From contig JAWLHB010000052.1 of the NCBI GenBank assembly GCA_041690595.1, forward strand, positions 1 through 56,080: DNA of 56,080 bases. The letters run 5' to 3'. The notes below the pieces were generated by a model. The model searched no databases. It was not told where the DNA came from and saw only the letters and a program-made list of their open reading frames with translations. Shown in pieces: positions 8,155 to 17,377 of this stretch (the first letter of the stretch is position 1; each line of letters opens with the position of its first letter). Source of the stretch: Lentisphaeria bacterium. GTDB taxonomy: Bacteria > Verrucomicrobiota > Lentisphaeria > JABSQK01 > JAWLHB01. The position numbers were made by a program, and so were the translations under genes.

Positions 8155-10896
8155 ATGCGCAGGTACCTCTACTCGGTATTATTTCTGGTCACGTTGGGGC
8201 TGTCGTGGGCCGAGGGGCCGGCGAGTCGTCAATTCGACTTCGCGGAAGGGGCATTCGTACATCGGGACTACCTCACGGCGATCGAGGAGTTTCGCACCTA
8301 TCTGGAGGAGTATCCGGAGGGGGAGCAGACGGCGACGGCGTTGCTGCGCCTGGGGCAATGTTATCTGCGCGTGGGCGACCACGCCAAGGCTGCCGAGCAG
8401 TATGAAGCTTTTCTGAAGAAGCATCCGCTGGACGAACGCGCGCCACGAGCCCATTTCGATGTTGCCCAGGCCTATACGCAGCTGAACAACCAGGCGTTGG
8501 CACTGGAACACTATCAGGCGGCGGCCGGGGCTGATGACGCGCGGGTGCGGGAGGAGGCCATCATCGGCCAGGGCGAAGCGCTGATCGCCTTGGAGAAATA
8601 TCCCGAAGCAGCTCTGCTGTATGAAGAATTCCTGAAAGCGTTTCCGCAATCGACGCATCGGCCGGCCATCCTCTTTTCTCGCGGCTGGGTGCTTCAGCAG
8701 ACGGGGGAGAGTGCCACGGCCGTGACGGTTCTGGAGGAGCTGGTCGCGAAGCATGAGGATTTCGGTGATCTGGATCGGGCGCGTCTGCTGCTCAGCGATG
8801 CGGCGAGTGCGGCCGGCAATCATGAGCGGGCCGCCGAGGTGCTCCGTGAGGTGATGGCGGCGGGCCGTGAGGCGGAAGCGGCCATGCTTCGCCTGGCTTG
8901 GACCATGTATCGGGGCGGCGACAAGAACGGGGCGGCAGCCCTCTTCATCGACTTCGCCCATCGCTATCCGACCCATGACCAGGCGCCGACCGCCCTCTAC
9001 AACGCCGCGATCTCGTACTACGACAGCAGGGAGTTCGCCAAGGCGGCGGAGATCTGCCGAGAGCTGCGCCAGGCATATCCCGACCAGGCACCAGCGAAGG
9101 AAGCTCACTTCTGGCTGGGGTTGTCGCTGCTGGAACTGCAGCAGCACGCGGCAGCGGCGGAGGTTCTGGAAGAGGTGCTCAACGGGGGCCATCTGAGCGC
9201 GGAGCAGGCGCCGAGCGCCTTGTACGGCGCGGCGACTGCTCTGGCTGCCGCGGGGAAAGCCGAGGCCGCGATCGGTCGCTATCGGCAGTTGCGCGAGGCA
9301 CACCCACAATCCGGCTATTACGATACCGCCAGCTATTCCCTGGCGAACCTCCTCGCTGCTTCCGGTGACCGGGATGCCGCCGTGCAGGTGCTGACTGCGC
9401 TGCTCGCTTCGCATCCGCAAAGTGAGTTGCTGCCCAGGATCCGCTTTGCCCTTGGCGAACACCTCTTCTTTCTCGATCGGTTTGGCGAGGCGCTGGTGCA
9501 TCTGGAAGCCTGCCGTGAGGCCGGCGACGATGAAGCCAAGGTGCTCTGCCGGCTTGGCTGGACGCAATTCCGGCTGGAGGATCACGCCGGCAGCCAGGCT
9601 ACCTTCATGGCCCTGAGCGGCATGGATTCGCCTTTCCGCCAGGAGGCGCGCTACATGGCTGGACGCGCCAGCGAGATGGGGGGTAACGTCGAGCAGGCAG
9701 TGACGCAGTACCAGACGGTGATCGAAGCGGGAGACGGGCCTTTTGTCGAGAAGGCGAGCTACAGTCTCGCTTTTCTCTTGAAGGGAAAGAGCGCCATCGA
9801 CGCGATCCGGAGCTACCTGACCCGCTTCCCCGAGGGTGAGCACGTCCTCGACCTGCGGCTGAAGCTTGCCGAGCTGCGGCTGGCGGCCGGCGAGGTGGAG
9901 AGCGCCAGGGAGATCTATGCGGCGCTGGCGAAGGCGGAGCTTTCACCCGTGCATCGACGAACCGTCGACTACGGTCTGGGCTGGTGCGCACTTCGTAATG
10001 ATGAACTGGCGGAGGCAGATGACTTCTTCGCGAAGGTGACGATGCCGCCGGCGGATCTGGTGGGGCTCGACGCGCTGCAACAGCGGGGCGAGATTGCCTT
10101 TCGGCAGGAACGTTTCGCGGAAGCGCGGCGCTGGTTCGGTGAGCTGGTCGAGGCGCTGGGGGAGGGGAGTGAGCCTCAGCGCCGGGAGCGTGGCTGGTAC
10201 ATGCTGGGCTGGAGCAGTCGGCACCTGAAGATGTCCGCCGAGGCAGCCGAAGCCTTTCGCCGCCAGGTCGAGCTTTTTCCTCAAGGTGAGCTGGCCGGCG
10301 ATGGATGGCTGCGGCTCGCGGAAGCGCTCCATGAGCGTGGCGACGCCGCGGCGGCCGCCAAGGTGCTGACGGAGGCGCTGGCTCAGGTGAAGCCGACGGA
10401 GGAGTTGCTTCACCTGCAGGGGGATATCCTGGTGGCGCTTCAGGAGTGGCGCCAGGTGATCGAACGCAGCGAGTTCTTGAAAGATGAGTTCCCCGAATCC
10501 CGACGGATCTACATGGCCACATTCCGCATGGGGCTGGCCTACAAGGCGCTGTCCATCCATGAGGAGGCTGAAAAGCAGTTCGAGGCGACCATCGCGGCGA
10601 CGGAGACGGTCGAGGCCGCTCAGGCGCAGTTCAACATCGGCGGCCTTTACTTCAGCCAGAAGAAGTATGCGGACGCCGGCAAGCACTTTCTGCGGGTGGA
10701 GATGCTCTATGACTATCCAGAGCTTTCTCCGAAGGCGCTCTACCACGCGACGGAATCTTTCCTCATGGCGGAAGGCGTCGAGTCGCGCCGAGCCGGAATC
10801 TATCGTGAAAAACTGAAGAAAGATTATGCGGCGTCTGAATGGGCGGTCAAGGTCGACAGCCTCTTCACGGCCGCGAGGGTGGAGGGTCAGGAATGA
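8155..10896 (+). CDS. Exported multi-TPR protein (CpoB/BamD-like repeats)
   Basis: ATG 8155 preceded by ACAGGA. Signal peptide MRRYLYSVLFLVTLGLSWA. Many TPR pairs with YP-type turns (EEYPEG, KAFPQS, HRYPTH, ELFPQG). Confidence 0.85.
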   Translation: MRRYLYSVLFLVTLGLSWAEGPASRQFDFAEGAFVHRDYLTAIEEFRTYLEEYPEGEQTATALLRLGQCYLRVGDHAKAAEQYEAFLKKHPLDERAPRAHFDVAQAYTQLNNQALALEHYQAAAGADDARVREEAIIGQGEALIALEKYPEAALLYEEFLKAFPQSTHRPAILFSRGWVLQQTGESATAVTVLEELVAKHEDFGDLDRARLLLSDAASAAGNHERAAEVLREVMAAGREAEAAMLRLAWTMYRGGDKNGAAALFIDFAHRYPTHDQAPTALYNAAISYYDSREFAKAAEICRELRQAYPDQAPAKEAHFWLGLSLLELQQHAAAAEVLEEVLNGGHLSAEQAPSALYGAATALAAAGKAEAAIGRYRQLREAHPQSGYYDTASYSLANLLAASGDRDAAVQVLTALLASHPQSELLPRIRFALGEHLFFLDRFGEALVHLEACREAGDDEAKVLCRLGWTQFRLEDHAGSQATFMALSGMDSPFRQEARYMAGRASEMGGNVEQAVTQYQTVIEAGDGPFVEKASYSLAFLLKGKSAIDAIRSYLTRFPEGEHVLDLRLKLAELRLAAGEVESAREIYAALAKAELSPVHRRTVDYGLGWCALRNDELAEADDFFAKVTMPPADLVGLDALQQRGEIAFRQERFAEARRWFGELVEALGEGSEPQRRERGWYMLGWSSRHLKMSAEAAEAFRRQVELFPQGELAGDGWLRLAEALHERGDAAAAAKVLTEALAQVKPTEELLHLQGDILVALQEWRQVIERSEFLKDEFPESRRIYMATFRMGLAYKALSIHEEAEKQFEATIAATETVEAAQAQFNIGGLYFSQKKYADAGKHFLRVEMLYDYPELSPKALYHATESFLMAEGVESRRAGIYREKLKKDYAASEWAVKVDSLFTAARVEGQE

Positions 10897-11669
10897 AGGC
10901 ATGGTTGCTTCCAGCGCCTTGCGCGGCGCGGCGTCCGGGGGCGCGTCTGCTCCAGTACGTGATTGTTCTGATGGTCGGCTTCGCGGTCTCCATGGCGATG
11001 GCGGCGGACGGGGAGGGGGCAGGCGTGGGCGTACTTGGCGGCACGGTCGGTGGCACGCTGGAACGCGGCGGAACGGTCATGTACCTGATCCTTGCACTCT
11101 CCATCCTGGGGCTGGCGTTCATCCTGGAAGCTTCCTGGAAATCCCGCCGGAGCGCAATCCTGCCGAAGCCGGTGGCGGATGCCCTTGGCAGCAGGTCGCC
11201 AAATGCCGTGCGCGATGTGGTCGCCGAGGGCAAGAGCAGTATCGCGCATGCGATCCTCACGGCCGGCTATGCATGGCGAAACGGGAGTTCCGAGCAGATC
11301 GCGGCAGCCATCGAGGAGAAGACGGATGAGCTGCTCTGGACCTTGAAGCGGTCGGCGCGCCCGCTGGGTATCATCGCCAACACGGCACCGCTCCTCGGCC
11401 TCCTGGGAACCGTCATCGGTATCATTCAGGCATTCGACACGGTGGCGCGCAGCGGCGCCCTTGGCGATCCCGGCGCCCTGGCCGGCGGCATCTCGAAGGC
11501 GTTGCTGACCACCTGCTTCGGGCTGATCGTTGCCATCCCCCTGTTGCTCGCCTACCACTTCTTTGTCGGCCGGATCGAAACGCGCACCCGCGCCTGTGAG
11601 ATCCTGGCCAAAGAGCACTTGATCCTGCCGCCCGAACGCCCGGAAGCGGTCCCGGCCGGGGAGGGTTGA
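10893..11669 (+). CDS. exbB: MotA/TolQ/ExbB proton channel protein
   Basis: TAPLLGLLGTVIGII and ALLTTCFGLIVAIP motifs. ATGA overlap with the TPR gene stop. Confidence 0.88.
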   Translation: MKAWLLPAPCAARRPGARLLQYVIVLMVGFAVSMAMAADGEGAGVGVLGGTVGGTLERGGTVMYLILALSILGLAFILEASWKSRRSAILPKPVADALGSRSPNAVRDVVAEGKSSIAHAILTAGYAWRNGSSEQIAAAIEEKTDELLWTLKRSARPLGIIANTAPLLGLLGTVIGIIQAFDTVARSGALGDPGALAGGISKALLTTCFGLIVAIPLLLAYHFFVGRIETRTRACEILAKEHLILPPERPEAVPAGEG

Positions 11670-11672
11670 GCC

Positions 11673-12092
11673 ATGTCCCGGCAGCATTGGGAGAGCGACG
11701 AGGGCTTCGAAATACCGCTCACGCCGCTGATCGACATCGTCTTCATTCTGATCATCTTCTTCCTTGTCGCCACCACCTTCTACACGGAAGAGCGGGACAT
11801 CGAAGTGAAGCTGGCGGAAGGGACCGAAGGGGAGCTGATCGCCCAGGAGAACGAGGCGTTCGTGGTCAATATTCGCGGCACCGGTGTGCTGGTGGTGCGT
11901 AACCAGATGGTCACCGAAGACGAGCTGACGGAGATGCTGCGGACGCTGGCGCGGCAGGCAAATCCGAAGGTCGAGATCCGGGGCGATACGACGGCCAACC
12001 ATGGCGGCGTCATGAAGGTGATCAATCTCTGCAAACGCCATGGCATCGGCAATCTCTCCCTCACCCAGCGCATCGTCAAGGAATCGCCATGA
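11673..12092 (+). CDS. exbD: ExbD/TolR family protein
   Basis: LTPLIDIVFILIIFF TM helix with the conserved Asp. VEIRGD...HGGVMKVINLC periplasmic motif. Confidence 0.9.
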   Translation: MSRQHWESDEGFEIPLTPLIDIVFILIIFFLVATTFYTEERDIEVKLAEGTEGELIAQENEAFVVNIRGTGVLVVRNQMVTEDELTEMLRTLARQANPKVEIRGDTTANHGGVMKVINLCKRHGIGNLSLTQRIVKESP

Positions 12093-12093
12093 C

Positions 12094-15000
12094 ATGCGAC
12101 AAGCTGCCCCCAGAACCCTCGTCCTGTGCATCCTGCTGCTACTCGCCTGGCGCGGTGGCGCCGAGGATTTCTGGATCGTGCAGAAGCTTCATGAGCAGGC
12201 TGGAACGGCTGCCGACAAGGGCTTGCTGATCGCCGAACCGCTGGCCGGTGGCGAGGCGACCATGGCTGCCTGCCGCATTGTACGCCAAGGTGATGAGCAG
12301 TGGATTGTCGGTATGCTCTCCGTCGACCTCAGCGGCGACTACCGGCTGCGCCTGAAGCGAGATGGTGACGCCGCGCCGCTGACCCTGGTGGAGCAGCGGA
12401 CCCTGCGCCATCGCTACTACGATGTCGTGCTGCTGATTGATACCTCCCTCAGCATGCACAAGAACGACCCCGCCAACCTCAGGGGCGATGCCATTCGCAG
12501 CTTCGTCAAGCTGGCCCGGCGAGGGGGCGGCATTCGCCGGCTGGCTCTGCTGGCGTTTGACGACGAGGTTCGGACCCTTCTGCCCCCCACCGCGCCGGGC
12601 CGGATTGGTGATCTCGAACCAATCATGGCCGAGCTGCGACCACGCGGGAGAACTGACTTCGACAAGCCCTTCCGGGCCGCGCGGGAGCTGCTGGCGGAGG
12701 GATCCGGTGCGACGCCCGCGGTCATCTTCCTCTCTGACGGCGAACCCTTCGGAACGTATGGCGGCGGGCATCGCCTGCTGGCGGAGATGGGCTGCCCGAT
12801 CTACGCGATCGGCCTGAGCGGCGAGGCCGACGCAGCGCTGCTGGCAAAGGTGGCCGCGGAGAATGAGGGCCGCTTCTTCGATGCGCCGCGCGCGGATCAG
12901 CTCCCCGGCATCTTCACCGAGATCTTTCGCCTCATCAGCCCCCCGGCAACCGTCTATCGGGAGACCTTGACGGTCGATGCCGAAGCAGGGCAGTCCTTGT
13001 TGATTGATCCCGACATGCGCAATACCGTGCTGGAGTGGGCCTCTCTCGGCGGTGGGCAGACGGTGACGCTGGGCGACCGGGAGCTGCTGGCAGTGGCGGA
13101 CGGGGAGCGGATCGGGATGGATCTGGCGGAACTGACGGTCGGAAGCCATCCGTTGCGGGTGCGAGGATCGGGTCGCGCCTCAATGACGTTGCTGGCCGAT
13201 GCGGATGTCGATCTTCTGCCGATCGCGCTGAACCAGGTGGCGGAGCAAGGACTGCCGTTGGCGACTGGGGTGGTGCTGCGTGGCCATGCCCTCTGCGACG
13301 CGGTGACCATCGATGCCGTCGTCACCACCCCAGGTGGGCGCACGATGCCGCTGACGGTCACCGAGTCTGGCGTGCCGGGCTTTCATCTCTTCTCGGATTC
13401 TCCCGCCATCCAGGCGGGAACGTACGCCATCCGGGTGAGGGTGGAGGGGCGCATTGGCGGATTTCCATTCGTTCGGGCGACCACCATCCATCTTCAGCGT
13501 CACCAACGGGCGACCGCGATGCAGCCTCTCCTCTCTCCCACGTCCGGCCTTTCGCTGCCGGCGCTCGATCTGCCAGCGCCCGCCGCCATTGAGTTGGATC
13601 CCACTCGTCAGGCGACCGGCACCAGCGACTTGCGTACCACCTTCTGGGCATCCGCCGAACGGCTGCTGCTCGACGATCTGTATCCCGGATCGTCGACAAC
13701 GCAAGAACTCGAAGTCATGCTCAGTTCACCGGCCGAGACGGAGGTGGAGGTGCGGCTGGCCAGCCCGGAAGGGAATGGGGTGACGATACAGGTGGAGGGG
13801 AGGGTGCAGGCCAATCGAAAGGCGCTCCTGCGCATCAGTGCCGAGGCGGGGGCGGACGCGGCGGGCAACCGGCATGAGGGGACGCTCGTGGTTACGGCCG
13901 GCCGGCAATCGTGGACGGTGCCGATCGCGGTCAGCGTCGCCGTGCCGCGCATCGTCATCGAAGCTGCCGAGCCTCAGTTCACCGACATGCCGAGTCGGGT
14001 CACGGCGGTTCAGAAGCTCGCCGTGAGGCTGGAGCCTGGTGGGCGGATGCCCTTGCGGATCGAGACCGACCTGCCGGCACTGCGGGTGACGCCTGAGCTG
14101 CTCGATGGCGGCGTCGGCGCCGTGCGCGCCTCCCTGGCCTTCACGGTGAACAGGCCGGTCGAGCAGCGCCACTGGCAGGGGACGGTGCGGGTGAGCGGCA
14201 TCGGCCTGCAACCGGCCGAACTGCCATGGGAGGTGGAGATTCGCGAGCGGACGGCCGTGCCGGGGATCGATCAGGTGCGGAGCGGCAGCTTCGACTGGCG
14301 GCTCCTGCTCTGGATCCTGCTGGCGCTGGTGATCATCGCCCTGGTCCTCGCGGCGATGCGGGGCAATTCACGCGCGGTTTTCGTTCTGGCATCGCTGGCG
14401 ATTCATCTGGCAATTCTCTTCCTCGTGCTCCCGCGGGTCGAAGAGGAACCGGAAGAGGCACAGGCCGTCACCACTATCCAGATGACCAGTGGTGGCGTCG
14501 TGCATGAGCAGGAGATCGCCTCCGAGGTTGCCACCTACCGTCCTGATGAGCAGACGCCGCGGGCCGAAGCGCCCCAACAGGTCGAGACGGCTGAACTGCC
14601 CAAGCCGGAAGAGGAGCAGCCCAGCCAGCTCGATACGCCGGAGGCACAGGCGGTGCTCGAGGAGACGGCGGAGGCTGCCGAGATCGTGAAGGAGGTGCCG
14701 CGAGAGGAGCTTGCGCCTGCACTGGCGGAGCCCACCACGGCCGTGCCCGCCGCCAGGCGCGAGGAGATCGCAACTCCTCAGGACGCACCCGCGGCCCCCG
14801 CCGAAAGCGCTCAGCCGCGGGAGTCCGTCGCCCATCTCGAGACGGCAACACCGGGCGCGTTGGCGCCCGCCGAGCTGCAGGCTGAGGTGCGGGCCGCGGT
14901 CGACCTGAACCCTGCCGAGCTGCCGGTGGAGCGAGAGGCCGTCACCCCTGATGCGCCCGGCGAGCCGACGCAGGCTCCCGTCGCCAGGCGGCTGGCCGTG

Positions 15001-17172
15001 CTGCCGACGGTCGATGCGCCTCTGGAGGGTGGAACACGGGGCGCACCCGGGCGCACCGTCATGCAGGTGACCATGGGGGATACTGTTGAAGCGCTGGCGC
15101 CAGGTGACGTGGCGTCGGAGGTGGCGGTCGAGGCCGTACTGGCGGGGGCAGCGACGGAGGTGGCGCGGCCGACAGTGGCTCTCTCGACGCCGGCCGCGGT
15201 GGCGGCCGAGCCCATTTCCAGGCGTTCAGCGGCGGAGAGTGCCACCGGTACAACGCGCGGTCCCGCGGCACCTGCCATGGCGGCACCCGCAACGTCCGCG
15301 GCTCGCGTGGAGAGCACAACAGCAGGAAGCCTCGATCCCGGCACGGCCCGCGAGCATATCGAGGCGTCGACCGTGGCAAAGGAGTGGCAGCCGGAGGTGG
15401 CGAGGACGCCCGCCTCCATCACGGCGCCCATGGCGGATGCTCCAGGTGCCGCGACCACCCGGCTTCGCGCCTCATCATCGGGCCGTGGTACGGCCGAGGC
15501 GCATGCTGTCGGCGAGGGTGCGCCAGTGGTCACCGTGACATCTACGCCGCGGATGGTGGCGCGGGATCTGCCCATCGACCGGACCGGCGACGCCACGGTC
15601 GCCCCGCGGGTTACGCTGAATCCCTCTATTGAGGCCATGCCCGCGCCGAGTGTACACGGAGAGCTGGTGCCGGCTTATGCCGAGTTGCCGCGGGAAGCCG
15701 CCGCCGCGCCGGGTCGGGGCCGATCGTCGGCGCCTGTCTCCGGTGGGTCGGAGTCTCCGCGGGCGCTCGATGCCGAAGGGGCGAAGCCGGCGCCACTGAC
15801 TCCAGCCCTGCCTCTAGCCGCTTCGCCGATGCCCATGAGCGTGGATGCGCCCGTGGCAAACCTGCTGCAGGGGAGTGCATTGCGGGAACCGCCGAGCATC
15901 GGCCTCCGGCAGAGTGAGGAGGGTGGACGCGCCGCGGGCAAGTGGGGCAGGACGCTGCCGTTGCTGCGCTACGATGGCGACTGGGATGCGGACAAGACCG
16001 CCATGATCAACCTGGCTCACCAGCTCGAACGGCGGACAGGCAGCCTGTTGCCGATCGAAAGTCGCACGATCGACCTTACGCATCCGGAGCTGGGAGCGAC
16101 TCCTTTTCTCTTCATGACCGGGCACCGCGACTTTCGCCTCACGGAAGCCGAGCGCAACGCTCTTCGGCAGTATCTGGAGCAGGGTGGATACCTCTGGATC
16201 AACGACTCGACCGACTTGGGCGACGAGCAGTACGATGAGGCGGTGCGACGGGAGCTTGGCGCCATATTTGGGAAGGCCGCCGAGCTGCGTGCTATTCCCA
16301 TGGATCATGGGCTCTTCGCCGCGCCTTACGATTTGCGGCAGGGCTACAAGGGATACAGGGTTCCCCCTGGCGACAAGTATCGGCAGGACTACATCGAAGG
16401 ACTCTGGCTCGGTGATCGACTCGCCGTGGTCTACACCCGCAACGACTATGGCGACGGCTTGGAGATCGATCCGCACACGCACCCGCTGATGCCTTCGCTC
16501 AGCGATCTTTCGCCCGCCGAGATGCAGGAAGGGTCGGCACGCATGGGCATCAACATCGCCCTGCATTTCATGAATCGCGGTGAAGCACCCAAGGCGCACG
16601 TCACTACACGCGTGCAGACCACGACCAGCGCGGACGATGCCGAGGATCGCGCCTGGATCGGCAACCCGCCACTCGATTCCCCGTTGTCGACGCCGTCGCT
16701 GCAGTGGGTCCAGCCTGAAGGGTGGGGCGATCTCATTCCCGCCACCGGCGACTATACCGAAGACGGCACGCTGCGGTTGCGCTTCCGCAAGGAAGGTGGG
16801 ACCGTGACGCGACGCGACAAGGCTGTCATTGGAACGGCGCTCGACATTCAACTGAGCAACAGGCAGGGCATTGTACTGGATCTCCTCAGCACCCTCAGCG
16901 GTGGGGCGCGGATGGCGCTTGCTTTCAACGGCCCCGATGGCTACATCGAATCCGGGCCGGTCTTTCTGCGACCGGGTATGAACCGGGATGTGGCCTTCGA
17001 TCTCAGTGCCTCCAGCTTCAAGAACGAGGCGACACAGTGGGAGCACACGGCGGAGTTCGGGGAACGCCGGCAGGTGGATGCCATCTATCTGATCATCTAT
17101 CCGCAGCAGGGCGCCGGCGAGCTGCGCATGGAAAAAATCCGCCTCATCCAGCGCTCCGAGGGGCTCAAGTAA
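12094..17172 (+). CDS. Membrane-anchored fusion: vWA domain, beta-rich domains, TM hairpin with TonB-like SxxxH, Ala/Pro/Glu linker, DUF4159-like domain, C-terminal beta-sandwich
   Basis: Signal peptide; MIDAS DTSLS plus LSDGE; two hydrophobic helices at about 14290-14430; low-complexity linker; PFLFMTGHRDFRLTEAERNALRQYLEQGGYLWIND resembles DUF4159. Confidence 0.8.
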   Translation: MRQAAPRTLVLCILLLLAWRGGAEDFWIVQKLHEQAGTAADKGLLIAEPLAGGEATMAACRIVRQGDEQWIVGMLSVDLSGDYRLRLKRDGDAAPLTLVEQRTLRHRYYDVVLLIDTSLSMHKNDPANLRGDAIRSFVKLARRGGGIRRLALLAFDDEVRTLLPPTAPGRIGDLEPIMAELRPRGRTDFDKPFRAARELLAEGSGATPAVIFLSDGEPFGTYGGGHRLLAEMGCPIYAIGLSGEADAALLAKVAAENEGRFFDAPRADQLPGIFTEIFRLISPPATVYRETLTVDAEAGQSLLIDPDMRNTVLEWASLGGGQTVTLGDRELLAVADGERIGMDLAELTVGSHPLRVRGSGRASMTLLADADVDLLPIALNQVAEQGLPLATGVVLRGHALCDAVTIDAVVTTPGGRTMPLTVTESGVPGFHLFSDSPAIQAGTYAIRVRVEGRIGGFPFVRATTIHLQRHQRATAMQPLLSPTSGLSLPALDLPAPAAIELDPTRQATGTSDLRTTFWASAERLLLDDLYPGSSTTQELEVMLSSPAETEVEVRLASPEGNGVTIQVEGRVQANRKALLRISAEAGADAAGNRHEGTLVVTAGRQSWTVPIAVSVAVPRIVIEAAEPQFTDMPSRVTAVQKLAVRLEPGGRMPLRIETDLPALRVTPELLDGGVGAVRASLAFTVNRPVEQRHWQGTVRVSGIGLQPAELPWEVEIRERTAVPGIDQVRSGSFDWRLLLWILLALVIIALVLAAMRGNSRAVFVLASLAIHLAILFLVLPRVEEEPEEAQAVTTIQMTSGGVVHEQEIASEVATYRPDEQTPRAEAPQQVETAELPKPEEEQPSQLDTPEAQAVLEETAEAAEIVKEVPREELAPALAEPTTAVPAARREEIATPQDAPAAPAESAQPRESVAHLETATPGALAPAELQAEVRAAVDLNPAELPVEREAVTPDAPGEPTQAPVARRLAVLPTVDAPLEGGTRGAPGRTVMQVTMGDTVEALAPGDVASEVAVEAVLAGAATEVARPTVALSTPAAVAAEPISRRSAAESATGTTRGPAAPAMAAPATSAARVESTTAGSLDPGTAREHIEASTVAKEWQPEVARTPASITAPMADAPGAATTRLRASSSGRGTAEAHAVGEGAPVVTVTSTPRMVARDLPIDRTGDATVAPRVTLNPSIEAMPAPSVHGELVPAYAELPREAAAAPGRGRSSAPVSGGSESPRALDAEGAKPAPLTPALPLAASPMPMSVDAPVANLLQGSALREPPSIGLRQSEEGGRAAGKWGRTLPLLRYDGDWDADKTAMINLAHQLERRTGSLLPIESRTIDLTHPELGATPFLFMTGHRDFRLTEAERNALRQYLEQGGYLWINDSTDLGDEQYDEAVRRELGAIFGKAAELRAIPMDHGLFAAPYDLRQGYKGYRVPPGDKYRQDYIEGLWLGDRLAVVYTRNDYGDGLEIDPHTHPLMPSLSDLSPAEMQEGSARMGINIALHFMNRGEAPKAHVTTRVQTTTSADDAEDRAWIGNPPLDSPLSTPSLQWVQPEGWGDLIPATGDYTEDGTLRLRFRKEGGTVTRRDKAVIGTALDIQLSNRQGIVLDLLSTLSGGARMALAFNGPDGYIESGPVFLRPGMNRDVAFDLSASSFKNEATQWEHTAEFGERRQVDAIYLIIYPQQGAGELRMEKIRLIQRSEGLK

Positions 17173-17192
17173 TGTGGCGAAAGCAATTGCAC

Positions 17193-17220
17193 TTGGCGGT
17201 TGGGCTTCGTATGGTATCTT
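17193..17220 (+). promoter_or_regulatory. Possible sigma70 promoter with extended -10 (TG-G-TATCTT)
   Basis: TTGGCG-N16-TATCTT with TG at the extended -10 position, upstream of the GH78-like gene. Confidence 0.35.
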
Positions 17221-17377
17221 TCATACGGGTGGAACTGCCACTGCATGGACAGCCGGGTTCTCCACTTTTTTGCCCATGTTGACCGCAATTTTCGTTGGAA
17301 GTCAGAGAATCTAGCTGTAACTTCAGCTGTCTTCATCTCTATCTGATGCCGCAGCAGCAAGTAAGGAAACGACCGCG

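Noticed and set aside
14440..15940. Ala/Pro/Glu-rich stretch considered as a tandem repeat
   Set aside because: Low complexity at the protein level only, with no discrete nucleotide repeat unit. Treated as a linker.
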